From positions 1 to 32,066 of IMG/VR virus record IMGVR_UViG_3300024232_000054: a stretch of 32,066 bases of DNA; one strand, written 5' to 3'. Both the position numbers and the translations under genes were made by a program. Source of the stretch: a virus. Its lineage: Duplodnaviria; Caudoviricetes. The notes under the pieces were generated by a model. That model did no database searches. It saw nothing but the letters and a program-made list of their open reading frames with translations, and was not told the origin of the DNA. Shown here one piece after another: positions 24,631 through 32,066 of this stretch; positions within the stretch are counted from its first letter, which is position 1; each line of letters opens with the position of its first letter.

Positions 24631-24818
24631 TTCACGTCCTCCGGTTTCATCTTCATCTTGACGCAAAGGCGCAATAGCTTCGCCACCGGCTCAGGCACGG
24701 GATATTCGCCCAGAGCGTAGCCCTGAGAGGTTCTTCGCCCGATTCCGAGCCAATCCCCGGCCCTCTCTTGCGAGAGGGCTAGGGCCTTGATGGCGGCTTT
24801 GTATTGGTTCGGTGTCAT
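24627..24818 (-). CDS. XRE/Cro-like helix-turn-helix regulator (63 aa)
   Basis: MTPNQYKAAIKALALSQ-x-x-A-x-x-WLGIGRRTSQGY-x-x-GE-x-PVP-x-PVAKLL. Confidence 0.85.
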   Translation of the reverse strand: MTPNQYKAAIKALALSQERAGDWLGIGRRTSQGYALGEYPVPEPVAKLLRLCVKMKMKPEDVK

Positions 24819-25000
24819 TAGGACCACGCGGCGACTAGATTTTGTGCGGCTTTCTCGGGGCAAATGCCTTCTTCGTAAGTTCCCTTCGCATCGCCATACC
24901 CGCATTGCTGGCCGGGGTGCAGTTTGGAAAGTTCATCGTTAAGTAGTTTCCACCATTCCATGAACTCGGTGTTGGCTTTTGTCCTTCTCAATTGGGTCAT
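24818..25000 (-). CDS. Small hypothetical protein (60 aa), first gene of the HTH moron
   Basis: SD GGAG before ATG 25000. TAATG overlap with the HTH gene. Confidence 0.6.
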   Translation of the reverse strand: MTQLRRTKANTEFMEWWKLLNDELSKLHPGQQCGYGDAKGTYEEGICPEKAAQNLVAAWS

Positions 25001-25026
25001 TTGCTGTCTCCGTTTCTGATAGACAC

Positions 25027-25064
25027 AACATACGCTAATACCGCGTATACGCAAGTCCCGCGTA
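25027..25064 (-). promoter_or_regulatory. Promoter overlapped by two abutting palindromic operators TACGC-N7-GCGTA
   Basis: TACGCtaataccGCGTA (25031-25047) and TACGCaagtcccGCGTA (25048-25064). The minus strand reads TTGCGT-N16-TATGTT. Confidence 0.75.
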
Positions 25065-25099
25065 ATCACGAAATGTTACAAGGTGGTGGCTTGCGCTCC

Positions 25100-25375
25100 C
25101 TACTGATTACCGGCGAATAGGTCTGCCGTCTTGTCGCATCGGATCGGCTTCGTCGGGTCGGTCGTGAATGCGGTGCAACGCGACCCGCGTTCATCCGTGA
25201 TCCATTCCTTTTGCTGCTCTCCCCGCAATGAGCCCGCCAGGATTTGACAGCCCAAAGCGCCGTCACCCTCATAGCCGGTCGCGCGAAATGCGGCATCGTG
25301 GCTACAGTGGGCGCAGAAATGCTCAAAGAAGCCTTCGCCCTCGCTGCCGTTGCTCGGCATGTATGGTTCGCTCAC
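25100..25375 (-). CDS. Cys-rich hypothetical phage protein
   Basis: Y-x-PSNGSEG-x-x-F...CAHC...C-x-I...W...C-x-AF...RC-x-x-T-x-DLF. GTGA overlap with the upstream gene. Confidence 0.65.
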   Translation of the reverse strand: MSEPYMPSNGSEGEGFFEHFCAHCSHDAAFRATGYEGDGALGCQILAGSLRGEQQKEWITDERGSRCTAFTTDPTKPIRCDKTADLFAGNQ

Positions 25376-25704
25376 CTCTGCCCTCCCACTTCCTCGGTGG
25401 GGGCGGGCCATCGCGCGATGAACGTGTCCATCATTGGTTTGTTGGCGAACCCGAACCACGTCCAGCCGTAAACGGTTGCGTTGCCTTGTAACCACAAGCC
25501 CGGCTTCTTGTGGATCGGTGAAGCCTGATCCCCGAACGTGTCATAGCACCATTGCAGCATCTCGCGCTTACGCCCCTCGTCGAAATTGCCTGTGTAAGCA
25601 TCGACCATCCAAGGGAAGCCATCCCAGACCTCGCGCATTAGCGCCGCGCGTTCGTCGTCCTCGTAGTTAAAGGCGACCATCCGTTCGTAAAGCGCAGTCG
25701 TCAT
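25372..25704 (-). CDS. Hypothetical Trp-rich phage protein (110 aa)
   Basis: WC-x-x-x-FG...W...FGF...F-x-x-RW pattern. Confidence 0.65.
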   Translation of the reverse strand: MTTALYERMVAFNYEDDERAALMREVWDGFPWMVDAYTGNFDEGRKREMLQWCYDTFGDQASPIHKKPGLWLQGNATVYGWTWFGFANKPMMDTFIARWPAPTEEVGGQR

Positions 25705-25708
25705 TGGC

Positions 25709-25900
25709 TCACCGTTCCTGTGCTTGGGGTGCTGGGAAGTGTTCGGCGCAATAGGGGCCCGATGACTTTCCGCCAGTGTCGCAGCTCCAATATCGATGCG
25801 TAAAGCGCCGCCAACAGACGAGGCAGCCGCAATCCGCAGCCGTGCCGGTAGTCGGCATCTGCTGGCCCTGTGTCAGCCCGTTTGAATATCCTGGAACCAT
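25709..25900 (-). CDS. Small Cys/His zinc-finger-like protein (63 aa)
   Basis: SD GAGGAG before ATG 25900. CGCLVC...C...YCAEH. Confidence 0.5.
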   Translation of the reverse strand: MVPGYSNGLTQGQQMPTTGTAADCGCLVCWRRFTHRYWSCDTGGKSSGPYCAEHFPAPQAQER

Positions 25901-25923
25901 CACAACTCCTCTGCATCGACCGT

Positions 25924-26130
25924 TTAGTCGCAATAGTCGGCGAATGATCGATAGACCATGGTCCCGCCAGCCATCCATCGTGCGGGCGGCGGCCCGTCGC
26001 CTAACCAGCGATATTGGGGCTCATATTCCTGGGCGACGTACTCAAAGACGCATCGCCCACCTGTGCGGCCATGCTTACAGGCGTCGTCGCCGGCACAGCC
26101 CTTCTCGGAACAGTATCGCTCGATTGCCAT
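25924..26130 (-). CDS. Small Cys-rich hypothetical protein (68 aa)
   Basis: SD AAGGAG, four Cys, C-terminal VYRSFADYCD. Confidence 0.65.
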   Translation of the reverse strand: MAIERYCSEKGCAGDDACKHGRTGGRCVFEYVAQEYEPQYRWLGDGPPPARWMAGGTMVYRSFADYCD

Positions 26131-26339
26131 CTTTCACTCCTTCAAAAGGCTCGCTAGATCGACGGTATCCATTCAATCGCGGCTACCTGCCCCGAACTGT
26201 CGAGATATAAGTAGCACCAGCACCAGTCTATGAACGTCGTGCTGGTTGACGGTCGTTGCCTCAGAAACGGGCCCACGCATTTCATCTTCTCGTCCTCCTG
26301 CCGCCCTGTGCGGCTCGCTACGGTACGTCTCGCTGACCC

Positions 26340-26486
26340 AGACCTTTATTTACAACGGGTTCGCTATCATTCATTGAGATTGGCCCCAAAATAGCTGCTC
26401 TCAAGCAGTTGGTTTTCCTAATTAAATTCCAGTCTGTTTTTGCCGTCAGTCATAATGCAGCGATTCGTCAGTCATCGGTTCCCGGT
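26340..26486. other. Probable attP region
   Basis: AT-rich non-coding stretch just downstream of int. Direct repeat CGTCAGTCAT at 26444-26453 and 26466-26475 (arm-type-like). IHF-like TCTCAAGCAGTTG at 26399-26411. Core not identified. Confidence 0.5.
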
Positions 26487-27749
26487 TCATTCGGTTTTTG
26501 GTTTGTTCCGCTTTTCAATTCGCATCGTCATGACGGTCGCAGTCGCCTCGGCCGCCTGCCGGTCGTACTTCTGGGTCATGGCGATGTCGCTGTGCGTCGC
26601 CGCGTGGCGGATTAGCGTAAGCGGGGCGCCAGCCCGGACGGCCTCCGAGATCGCGCCGGCTCGGCTATCCATGTTGAATACGTTCCTCGGAATGCCCGCC
26701 ACGTTGGCGACCTTGCGCCACTTCCGCCGGAACTCGCTATCGTTGTAGGGCCAGTTCGTGAGCCGGTTTTTGACGATCGGACCCGTGGTCGGGAACATAT
26801 CCCGCCTGAGCATGGCCGGACTTACCCCAGCCATCAGGGCTAGTTCTTCAAGCACCATCGGGGCCAGCATCAGGTTGACCTCGATTTCCTTCTGACGCTT
26901 GCTCGTGACGTGTTTCAAGACGAAATTGGCATCGACCTCAGACCAGCGAAGCCCGCGAAGCCATTTCTGCTTTCGCCAGGTGATGTCCGAAGTCCCAGGT
27001 TCCGAGATCGGCACCCACTCCCCGATTACATCCTTCTGGCGCAACGTCAGTTCAAATTGCAGGGCTTGGGCGAGCGCCATGCAGGGCCAGTCAAAGTGCT
27101 CCCGTGCCGTCACACGGATCGCCGTTGCCCACTCTGCCGTGATGCTCTGGGTACGGGGCGGCGAGTGCTCGATTTCCATCGCGTCGCTGCTCATAAGCGC
27201 GCACAGCCGCTCGCACTCGGGATCTTCAAGGATCGCGAAGCCAAAGCTGAACATGACGCGAAGCAACCCCCTGACGGATTGCCACGTCGCCAGCATCCGG
27301 CCGCCATCGCTCCATTCAGCGCACCATGCGAGAAGCGTGCGGCCCTTGATGTCCCGTAGCTCCTCGGGGCCGTGCCGCACCGCGATCCGCCGCAGCATCG
27401 TGTCGTGGTTTCGGCGGGTCGAATATCGTTTCTTGTGATATCTCGAATGTGGATCGGTCTGATAGCAATTGACCAGGGACCGGATCGTGCCATCGAACAC
27501 GTTGATGGCGACCGGAATTCCGCCGCGGCTGAATAGAAGCATTTCGGTTTGCAGGCGCTGACAGCTATCCGAAATGTAGGCCGCCTCGGTCTCTGTCGGC
27601 TGTTCGCCGGTCCATAGGCGCTGGCTCTTGGGCGCGAAGCCCTTATTGACCAGATCGGTGCGGGCCTGCCAGCGGGCTTCCCAGCCCTTCTGATATGGGC
27701 GCCAGATCAGCCCAGGTGCGTTTTCAACCTTTGGGTGGATGCGGCTCAT
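26487..27749 (-). CDS. int: Tyrosine recombinase / phage integrase
   Basis: 420 aa with catalytic R (LRQKD), K (TSKR), MDSR in the HxxR position, H (ATHS) and Y (TQKYDR). Coupled to an upstream excisionase. Confidence 0.9.
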   Translation of the reverse strand: MSRIHPKVENAPGLIWRPYQKGWEARWQARTDLVNKGFAPKSQRLWTGEQPTETEAAYISDSCQRLQTEMLLFSRGGIPVAINVFDGTIRSLVNCYQTDPHSRYHKKRYSTRRNHDTMLRRIAVRHGPEELRDIKGRTLLAWCAEWSDGGRMLATWQSVRGLLRVMFSFGFAILEDPECERLCALMSSDAMEIEHSPPRTQSITAEWATAIRVTAREHFDWPCMALAQALQFELTLRQKDVIGEWVPISEPGTSDITWRKQKWLRGLRWSEVDANFVLKHVTSKRQKEIEVNLMLAPMVLEELALMAGVSPAMLRRDMFPTTGPIVKNRLTNWPYNDSEFRRKWRKVANVAGIPRNVFNMDSRAGAISEAVRAGAPLTLIRHAATHSDIAMTQKYDRQAAEATATVMTMRIEKRNKPKTE

Positions 27750-28000
27750 GATCGTTGTCTCCGCTGCGGGAGATCAAGATTAGACCCATAATACCGATCC
27801 AAATAGGCTTTTACGTCCGGCCAGTACCTTCTATCCCCCCAAAGTTTCTGCTTCTTGGGGAAGCCGCCTTTCGTTTCCAGCATGCGGATTGCCTCTCGTG
27901 CTATCTTTTCCGGCGCGCCCATGCGGCGGATCAGCTCGGAGTCCAGGACCCAAAGCTTATCCTTCTCGCGTTCAAGTGTTTCAGGGGCGGGCGTGCTCAC
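27746..28000 (-). CDS. xis: Excisionase / recombination directionality factor (winged helix)
   Basis: 84 aa from GTG 28000, basic, D-x-ELIRRMG...GFP-x-K-x-x-LWG-x-RRYWP-x-V-x-AYLD. ATGA overlap with int. Confidence 0.72.
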   Translation of the reverse strand: MSTPAPETLEREKDKLWVLDSELIRRMGAPEKIAREAIRMLETKGGFPKKQKLWGDRRYWPDVKAYLDRYYGSNLDLPQRRQRS

Positions 28001-28004
28001 GAGA

Positions 28005-28310
28005 TTATTCTGCTCCCGGCTTGTTGGTTTGTGAATGACTGATTTTGTTGAGCGATTCGGTGCTTCCCGGCACCCCCGCTGCGACCGCGACAGGGCGGGG
28101 ATACACATGGCCGTTTTGCGTGGACAATGCCCATTGCCCGCACCAATCATATTTTGCGGTGTAGGGCCAAAGATTGTCGCCGTAGGAATTACCCGACCCG
28201 TCGAGCGCAACCTGATAGATGGGGCGCGGCGGAAAGAAGTGGCATTTCCCGTTGTCGGGATAATCCGGCATCCGTTCCCAAAATATGCAGCTCTCGCAAG
28301 TATTGCTCAT
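28005..28310 (-). CDS. Cys-rich hypothetical phage protein
   Basis: CESC-x-FW...G-x-C-x-x-x-PP...WP-x-T-x-x-x-DWCG-x-W. Confidence 0.7.
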   Translation of the reverse strand: MSNTCESCIFWERMPDYPDNGKCHFFPPRPIYQVALDGSGNSYGDNLWPYTAKYDWCGQWALSTQNGHVYPRPVAVAAGVPGSTESLNKISHSQTNKPGAE

Positions 28311-28843
28311 GGCGTCTTGCGCTCCCCAGCAGAGAGCGGACGATTGCGCCCGATGAAAAACGGTACGTCCCAAGGCGCGATCGGTACATCGTAGCCGGTC
28401 ATCTGAGGATGCTTGGGGTGTTTGTCGGCATTGACGCCGATGCAGTGAAGCGCCTTGCCTTCCTGGTCGGCAAGTCTGACTACCGTGTACCAGCGCTTGC
28501 GTAGGCTCTCAGGCAGCTTCGCCAGTTGGCCCCACCCTGCCACGACGCAATCCGCCTCGCACATCATCTCGCGCAGGTGTGCGTCGTTGTCTGGCCCGAT
28601 AGGATCATGTTGCTCGCGCAGTTTGTTCACATCGGTTGCCCGGAATGCAAACTTATTGCCGACCAAAATCCGACCATACCCGGCTCTCTTGGCGAATCCG
28701 ATGCACTTCTTGATGGTTTGATCGTCCTCAACGGCATCGGCGGTTGATGGATTGACCATGACGAACATCAATGTTGAATAGCCATACCACCGGCGCTCCA
28801 GCCGATAGCGATAAAGCGTGCAATCGGAAATAACCGCGCTCAT
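28307..28843 (-). CDS. DUF1643 family protein
   Basis: YRYRL-x-R-x-W...FVM-x-NPSTAD-x-x-x-DD-x-TI-x-KC...N-x-FA-x-RAT...GW...PKHP. Confidence 0.9.
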   Translation of the reverse strand: MSAVISDCTLYRYRLERRWYGYSTLMFVMVNPSTADAVEDDQTIKKCIGFAKRAGYGRILVGNKFAFRATDVNKLREQHDPIGPDNDAHLREMMCEADCVVAGWGQLAKLPESLRKRWYTVVRLADQEGKALHCIGVNADKHPKHPQMTGYDVPIAPWDVPFFIGRNRPLSAGERKTP

Positions 28844-28877
28844 GTCTCACGCTCCGCTGGTTGGTGTGAAATATTGG

Positions 28878-29129
28878 TCATATTAAACCCCGCCGAATGA
28901 CTTCGTGGCGTAGCGCCGCATCAGAGCATTCGCTTAGCGATGCCTCGCGCGTTGGTTCGTGCATGGCCGCGGTTAGCTCCCGCTCAACTGCGTTCACCTT
29001 TTCATCCGCAAACGCTGCGAACAGTTTCTTTTGGGCTCTCTCAAGCGCGCGCATGGCCTGCACCACCTCACGAGCAGCATTGAGCTGGCGTGTTTCACGA
29101 GGGACGGGGTTGTCGTTCGGGTTGCTCAT
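28878..29129 (-). CDS. Hypothetical protein (83 aa)
   Basis: Helical, C-terminal L-x-x-x-SD-x-x-L-x-x-E-x-x-RRG, ATGA-coupled. Confidence 0.65.
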   Translation of the reverse strand: MSNPNDNPVPRETRQLNAAREVVQAMRALERAQKKLFAAFADEKVNAVERELTAAMHEPTREASLSECSDAALRHEVIRRGLI

Positions 29130-29320
29130 GCGCTTCCCCGATCTGCCGAAGGGAGCGCGCGGGCATATCCCAAGGCTTCGGCCCGCGCTTTCTTTTCTTC
29201 CGCCTCTTCAAGCCGCAGAATCTCAGCGGCGTGTCGGCAAATCTCGCTGTATGGCGTCTGCGGCGTGCAGAAAACGAAAACTTCCTTCCCGTCGATCTTT
29301 ACAAGGCGGCCGAACATCAA
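29126..29320 (-). CDS. Hypothetical protein (64 aa)
   Basis: SD GGAGG, overlaps both neighbours by 4 nt. Confidence 0.55.
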   Translation of the reverse strand: MMFGRLVKIDGKEVFVFCTPQTPYSEICRHAAEILRLEEAEEKKARAEALGYARALPSADRGSA

Positions 29321-29835
29321 GAGCCTCCCCGCTCGGTGGAGGAATGCGCGGATCCGTCAGGCTCCAAAATAAAGCAGGCAATGTGTCGGCCGGTGCCCTT
29401 TCCTGCGGATCCATCCTCAGTTGCGAGCCAGCGAACGTCGCCAAGGTTTCGGATCCGGGAGTGCTCTCCGAAGATCGCCTTGACGAGCATCAACACCCAT
29501 TTATCGAGCGGGTAGACCATCACCACGCGCTTGCCCTTGGCGTGCTCCGCGATGGCCTTCCGCACCCAGGCCGTCATGCCCTTCTTTTTGCCCTGATGAA
29601 CAATCGATCCGAACGGCGGGTTGACGTAGTTCGATTTGCCCCACTCGCATGTGAGACCATCGAAACCCTCAGGCAGCGGGTGCGGGCATGGATCGAACGT
29701 GAAGCGGAATTGTGCATCCAGCTCGGCGTACAGGCCGGGCGGCGTCAGCCAATAATGTTTCCCGTCGTCACCGTTGCCGACGTGGAATTTATTCTCGGCT
29801 GGCGCCAGGAGGGATTGGTGGGGTGTTTCACTCAC
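29317..29835 (-). CDS. Phage-type DNA N6-adenine methyltransferase (orphan)
   Basis: W-x-TP...F-x-FDPCP...DGL-x-x-x-W...YVNPPF...W-x-x-KA motifs. Confidence 0.82.
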   Translation of the reverse strand: MSETPHQSLLAPAENKFHVGNGDDGKHYWLTPPGLYAELDAQFRFTFDPCPHPLPEGFDGLTCEWGKSNYVNPPFGSIVHQGKKKGMTAWVRKAIAEHAKGKRVVMVYPLDKWVLMLVKAIFGEHSRIRNLGDVRWLATEDGSAGKGTGRHIACFILEPDGSAHSSTERGGS

Positions 29836-30208
29836 GGATCCGCGCCTTTCCCACAAGAGCTAAAGCCTCACGGGCGCAGCGTTCGTATTCTGCGATCCGC
29901 ATTCGCAGCCATGCTTCTTCGGGACTGTTCATCGCAGGCGGCTGGCTAAGCATCCCGCAACCATAAACCGCGATGTTTTCCAGCGCCTTCTTGGCGTCGT
30001 ACAGGTCAAGGTGAGCGCGGATCATTTGCTCTTTGTAGCTGTCGCGGTTAGCCTCGGCTTGATCCAAGCGGGTCTGTGTCATCGCACAAATTGAAATCTC
30101 TCTTTCGAGAGAGTGCAGCGCATAAGCCAGCTCAGCCCTGGTCTTGGCCAATTCGCTTTCGTCGTTGCCCATGACGTAATCGACGACCTCTTGAAAATGC
30201 TCAGCCAT
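29828..30208 (-). CDS. Coiled-coil hypothetical protein
   Basis: Heptad-rich, ALENIA...AREAL terminus typical of phage early proteins. Confidence 0.6.
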   Translation of the reverse strand: MAEHFQEVVDYVMGNDESELAKTRAELAYALHSLEREISICAMTQTRLDQAEANRDSYKEQMIRAHLDLYDAKKALENIAVYGCGMLSQPPAMNSPEEAWLRMRIAEYERCAREALALVGKARIRE

Positions 30209-30467
30209 GGGGTGTTTCGCCTTCTTGGGGAGAGCGGGCAGGCCGGATCGCCGCCAGAATATCTTTCGGCAGATCATTGATTGCGATGGCTAATTCGTCA
30301 GGTGCCTTGCTTGGGTCGCCCCATCCGTCGCGAGCCTGGCCGGAGATGGATATTGCTTCATCCCGCGTGTACCAGCCGGCGCCTCGAATATCGGTCGTAT
30401 AGCCCCGGCTCTCAGGCCGCCACCAAGCACGATGTTGATTAGACCAAACCAAATAGGGCTCGCTCAT
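30201..30467 (-). CDS. Conserved-type phage hypothetical protein
   Basis: YLVWSN-x-H-x-AWWRP-x-x-x-GYT-x-x-x-x-x-AG-x-Y-x-x-x-EA. Confidence 0.7.
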   Translation of the reverse strand: MSEPYLVWSNQHRAWWRPESRGYTTDIRGAGWYTRDEAISISGQARDGWGDPSKAPDELAIAINDLPKDILAAIRPARSPQEGETPHG

Positions 30468-30673
30468 GTCCGTTGCTTTCGTTCTGGGGCGGCGCTGTTT
30501 TGGTGTTGGGAAGGGCGGTCATCCGCTAAATAATCTTCGGCGGCCTGTTGGATTTGCAATGCCAATTCGTGGCAGCGTTCCTTGAACAGGGCCGGATTGC
30601 CGAAGCATGGATCGTCTTGCAGAAAATGCGCCGCCAGATAGTAAGACTGCGAATCGTATGTTTTTACGGTCAT
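30464..30673 (-). CDS. Hypothetical protein (69 aa)
   Basis: YD-x-x-SY-x-LA-x-HFL...ELA-x-x-IQ-x-A-x-ED, ATGA overlaps. Confidence 0.65.
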   Translation of the reverse strand: MTVKTYDSQSYYLAAHFLQDDPCFGNPALFKERCHELALQIQQAAEDYLADDRPSQHQNSAAPERKQRT

Positions 30674-31257
30674 TGCTGCCCCCGATCTTGGGAAGAAAAC
30701 GTTGAACCCCATTGATCCGCCATCGCATCGGCAATGCCCGCCAGCGTTCGGCTGCGCTCTTTCCAGCGGTCGGGGCCGGGTGACGCGAAGTGAACCCGCG
30801 GGGTGCGACCCTCAACGATGTTAGTCGGCAACAGCTTCGGCAGGTTCTTGAGCCACAGGCAGGTTGCCTTGACTTCGCCGTGACCGAACATCCATGGCTG
30901 CACGATCTGATCCGGCCGGCGGATACGGGATGAAATGATGCTGATCGGGTTTTCCAGCGCAATGCGCTCGACAGGAGCATTCAGCAGCTTGCGGACGAAT
31001 ACCAAGGCCATCGCCTGCTCATGCTGTTTGTCCTTGAACCAGCGGGCGCCGCTGACCGCCAGATGGGTGCAGGGAGGATGGGCGATCATCAAATCCCATT
31101 CTTCGCCGCCCCTGAGCACGTCCAGCACGTCGCAATGCCAGTGGTGCGGGCTGTCATCCTCGGAAGGCAGTATGTCGCAGCTCCAGGCATCGTGCCCGCG
31201 AGCGCGGAAAGCCTTGCGCACAACCCCGGAAAATTCGCAGGCGATTAGGACTCTCAC
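30670..31257 (-). CDS. Short phage DNA cytosine-C5 methyltransferase-like protein (orphan)
   Basis: VLIACEFSG (motif I variant), WDL-x-IAHPPC (IV), LENP (VI), QPW-x-FG...K-x-T-x-LW (VIII), RSRT-x-x-GIA-x-AMA-x-QW. Confidence 0.82.
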   Translation of the reverse strand: MRVLIACEFSGVVRKAFRARGHDAWSCDILPSEDDSPHHWHCDVLDVLRGGEEWDLMIAHPPCTHLAVSGARWFKDKQHEQAMALVFVRKLLNAPVERIALENPISIISSRIRRPDQIVQPWMFGHGEVKATCLWLKNLPKLLPTNIVEGRTPRVHFASPGPDRWKERSRTLAGIADAMADQWGSTFSSQDRGQQ

Positions 31258-31619
31258 TGACCTTCCTCAATGTTTCCGGTGGGGTTTCGATGTGGCCGCG
31301 AGAGCGGCGTGTCTGCGCATAGCGCAAGGATGGCGTCGGCCTTTTGGAGTGCCGGTTCTTTTCTGCTTAGCGAATTAAATTCGGCATAACTGCCAACTGG
31401 CCAATCAAATGCACCTGGATCGATTATCCGCGCGATCTCTTCCCGTCGCGCCTCGAAGGAAGATTGGGGAAGCGCAGCGCAGTAGCGAAGCGCGGCGCAG
31501 GCAGCTTCAACTATTTCGCCGGTCGGGATTGGATACTTGACGTTATCCTTCACAACGTATTGCTGCTTCTCAAGGATGCTCGCATACGTCAGCATTGTTT
31601 CTGGCTTGGGCATCATCAC
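31254..31619 (-). CDS. Hypothetical protein (121 aa)
   Basis: REEIARIIDP-x-AF...AL-x-KADAILAL motif, GTGA overlaps. Confidence 0.65.
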   Translation of the reverse strand: MMMPKPETMLTYASILEKQQYVVKDNVKYPIPTGEIVEAACAALRYCAALPQSSFEARREEIARIIDPGAFDWPVGSYAEFNSLSRKEPALQKADAILALCADTPLSRPHRNPTGNIEEGQ

Positions 31620-32065
31620 AGCGCCTCACCGAGAATTTCACGCTTAAGGCATCCGAACTTGTTATCATCGCCGATGACCTCGCCATGAAGCGCGACGATC
31701 CACCAACGCGAGCCTTCCCACTTCGGAGGAATGAGCGTTGCGTGAAGCGTTCCTCTGGCGCAGAGGGAAAGCGGTCCCGGGGCCGTATGAATGATACCTG
31801 GCGCGGCGGGCTCGATCTTCCCACCGCCGTTTGAAGGGAGACCTTTCTCGCTCGATCGCCAAAAGGCGATCATCGCACCGGCTAACTTCACGGCTTCGAG
31901 CTTGGCTAGCTGTTCCCGAGGCCATTTAGCCGCGAAGTTAAGAATAGTGGCTTGCCAGTATTCGCCGGAGCCGTCGCCGTAGCCGTAGCCGTCGCCGTAG
32001 CCGGAGCCGTAGCCGTCGCCGGAGCCGGAGCCGTAGCCGTCGCCGTCGCCGTAGCCGTCGCCGCA
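31616..32065 (-). CDS. Gly-X repeat protein, 5'-truncated by the window
   Basis: The frame is open to the window edge: CGDGYGDGDGYGSGSGDGYGSGYGDGYGYGDGSG-EYWQATIL..., continuing into track ORF 31616..31891. Confidence 0.75.
   Translation of the reverse strand, partial: CGDGYGDGDGYGSGSGDGYGSGYGDGYGYGDGSGEYWQATILNFAAKWPREQLAKLEAVKLAGAMIAFWRSSEKGLPSNGGGKIEPAAPGIIHTAPGPLSLCARGTLHATLIPPKWEGSRWWIVALHGEVIGDDNKFGCLKREILGEAL
31964..32062 (-). repeat. Coding hexamer microsatellite ggc-(tac/gac/tcc)
   Basis: About 16 units encoding G[YDS]. Confidence 0.9.
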
Positions 32066-32066
32066 C

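Noticed and set aside
25701-25916. 71-aa minus-strand ORF MQRSCDG...
   Set aside because: The overlapping frame 25709..25900 has a proper GAGGAG SD and a coherent Cys/His pattern.
26184-26285. 33-aa minus-strand ORF MKCVGPFLRQ... with a good SD
   Set aside because: Too short and featureless to support. It may be a gene remnant.
26131-26486. tRNA or tmRNA gene or fragment at the att region
   Set aside because: No GTTCGA T-loop or cloverleaf was recognised on either strand.
26899-27438. Plus-strand ORFs inside the integrase
   Set aside because: Antisense shadows with no RBS or motifs.
28897-29949. 350-aa plus-strand ORF
   Set aside because: It is the antisense shadow of four well-supported, coupled minus-strand genes in GC-rich DNA, with Arg/Ser-rich non-protein-like composition.
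29317-31257. Restriction-modification or other defence system
   Set aside because: No nuclease or recognisable defence partner lies next to the methyltransferases, and they sit within the coupled phage early operon.

Overview
The whole window is a contiguous piece of a temperate long-tailed (siphovirus-type, no sheath gene) phage. Gene content and gene families point to an alphaproteobacterial (Rhizobiales/Bradyrhizobium-like) host; this is inference. The plus strand from 1 to 23,740 is the late operon: head-tail connector, an uncharacterised neck cassette with a 13-repeat protein, head closure, tail terminator, tail tube, a free-standing GIY-YIG/NUMOD3 endonuclease, frameshifted tail chaperones, a gp10-like protein, tape measure, GTA-like Dit/hub/tail-tip proteins, fibre and LamG-like proteins, and a large lysis region with a GH108 endolysin. 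The minus strand from 23,726 to 32,066 holds the early/accessory genes: an HTH moron with tandem operators, a probable attP, tyrosine integrase, excisionase, DUF1643, two orphan DNA methyltransferases and many small coupled ORFs. The most notable observations are (1) a LapG/BTLCP-type cysteine protease translationally chained to the endolysin, in a phage whose tail tip carries a bacterial cadherin domain, (2) a baseplate hub that has lost all four canonical Fe-S cysteines and has no NlpC/P60 partner, and (3) the repeat-protein/Zn-protein neck cassette. All family calls come from motif recognition by eye; no database searches were run.
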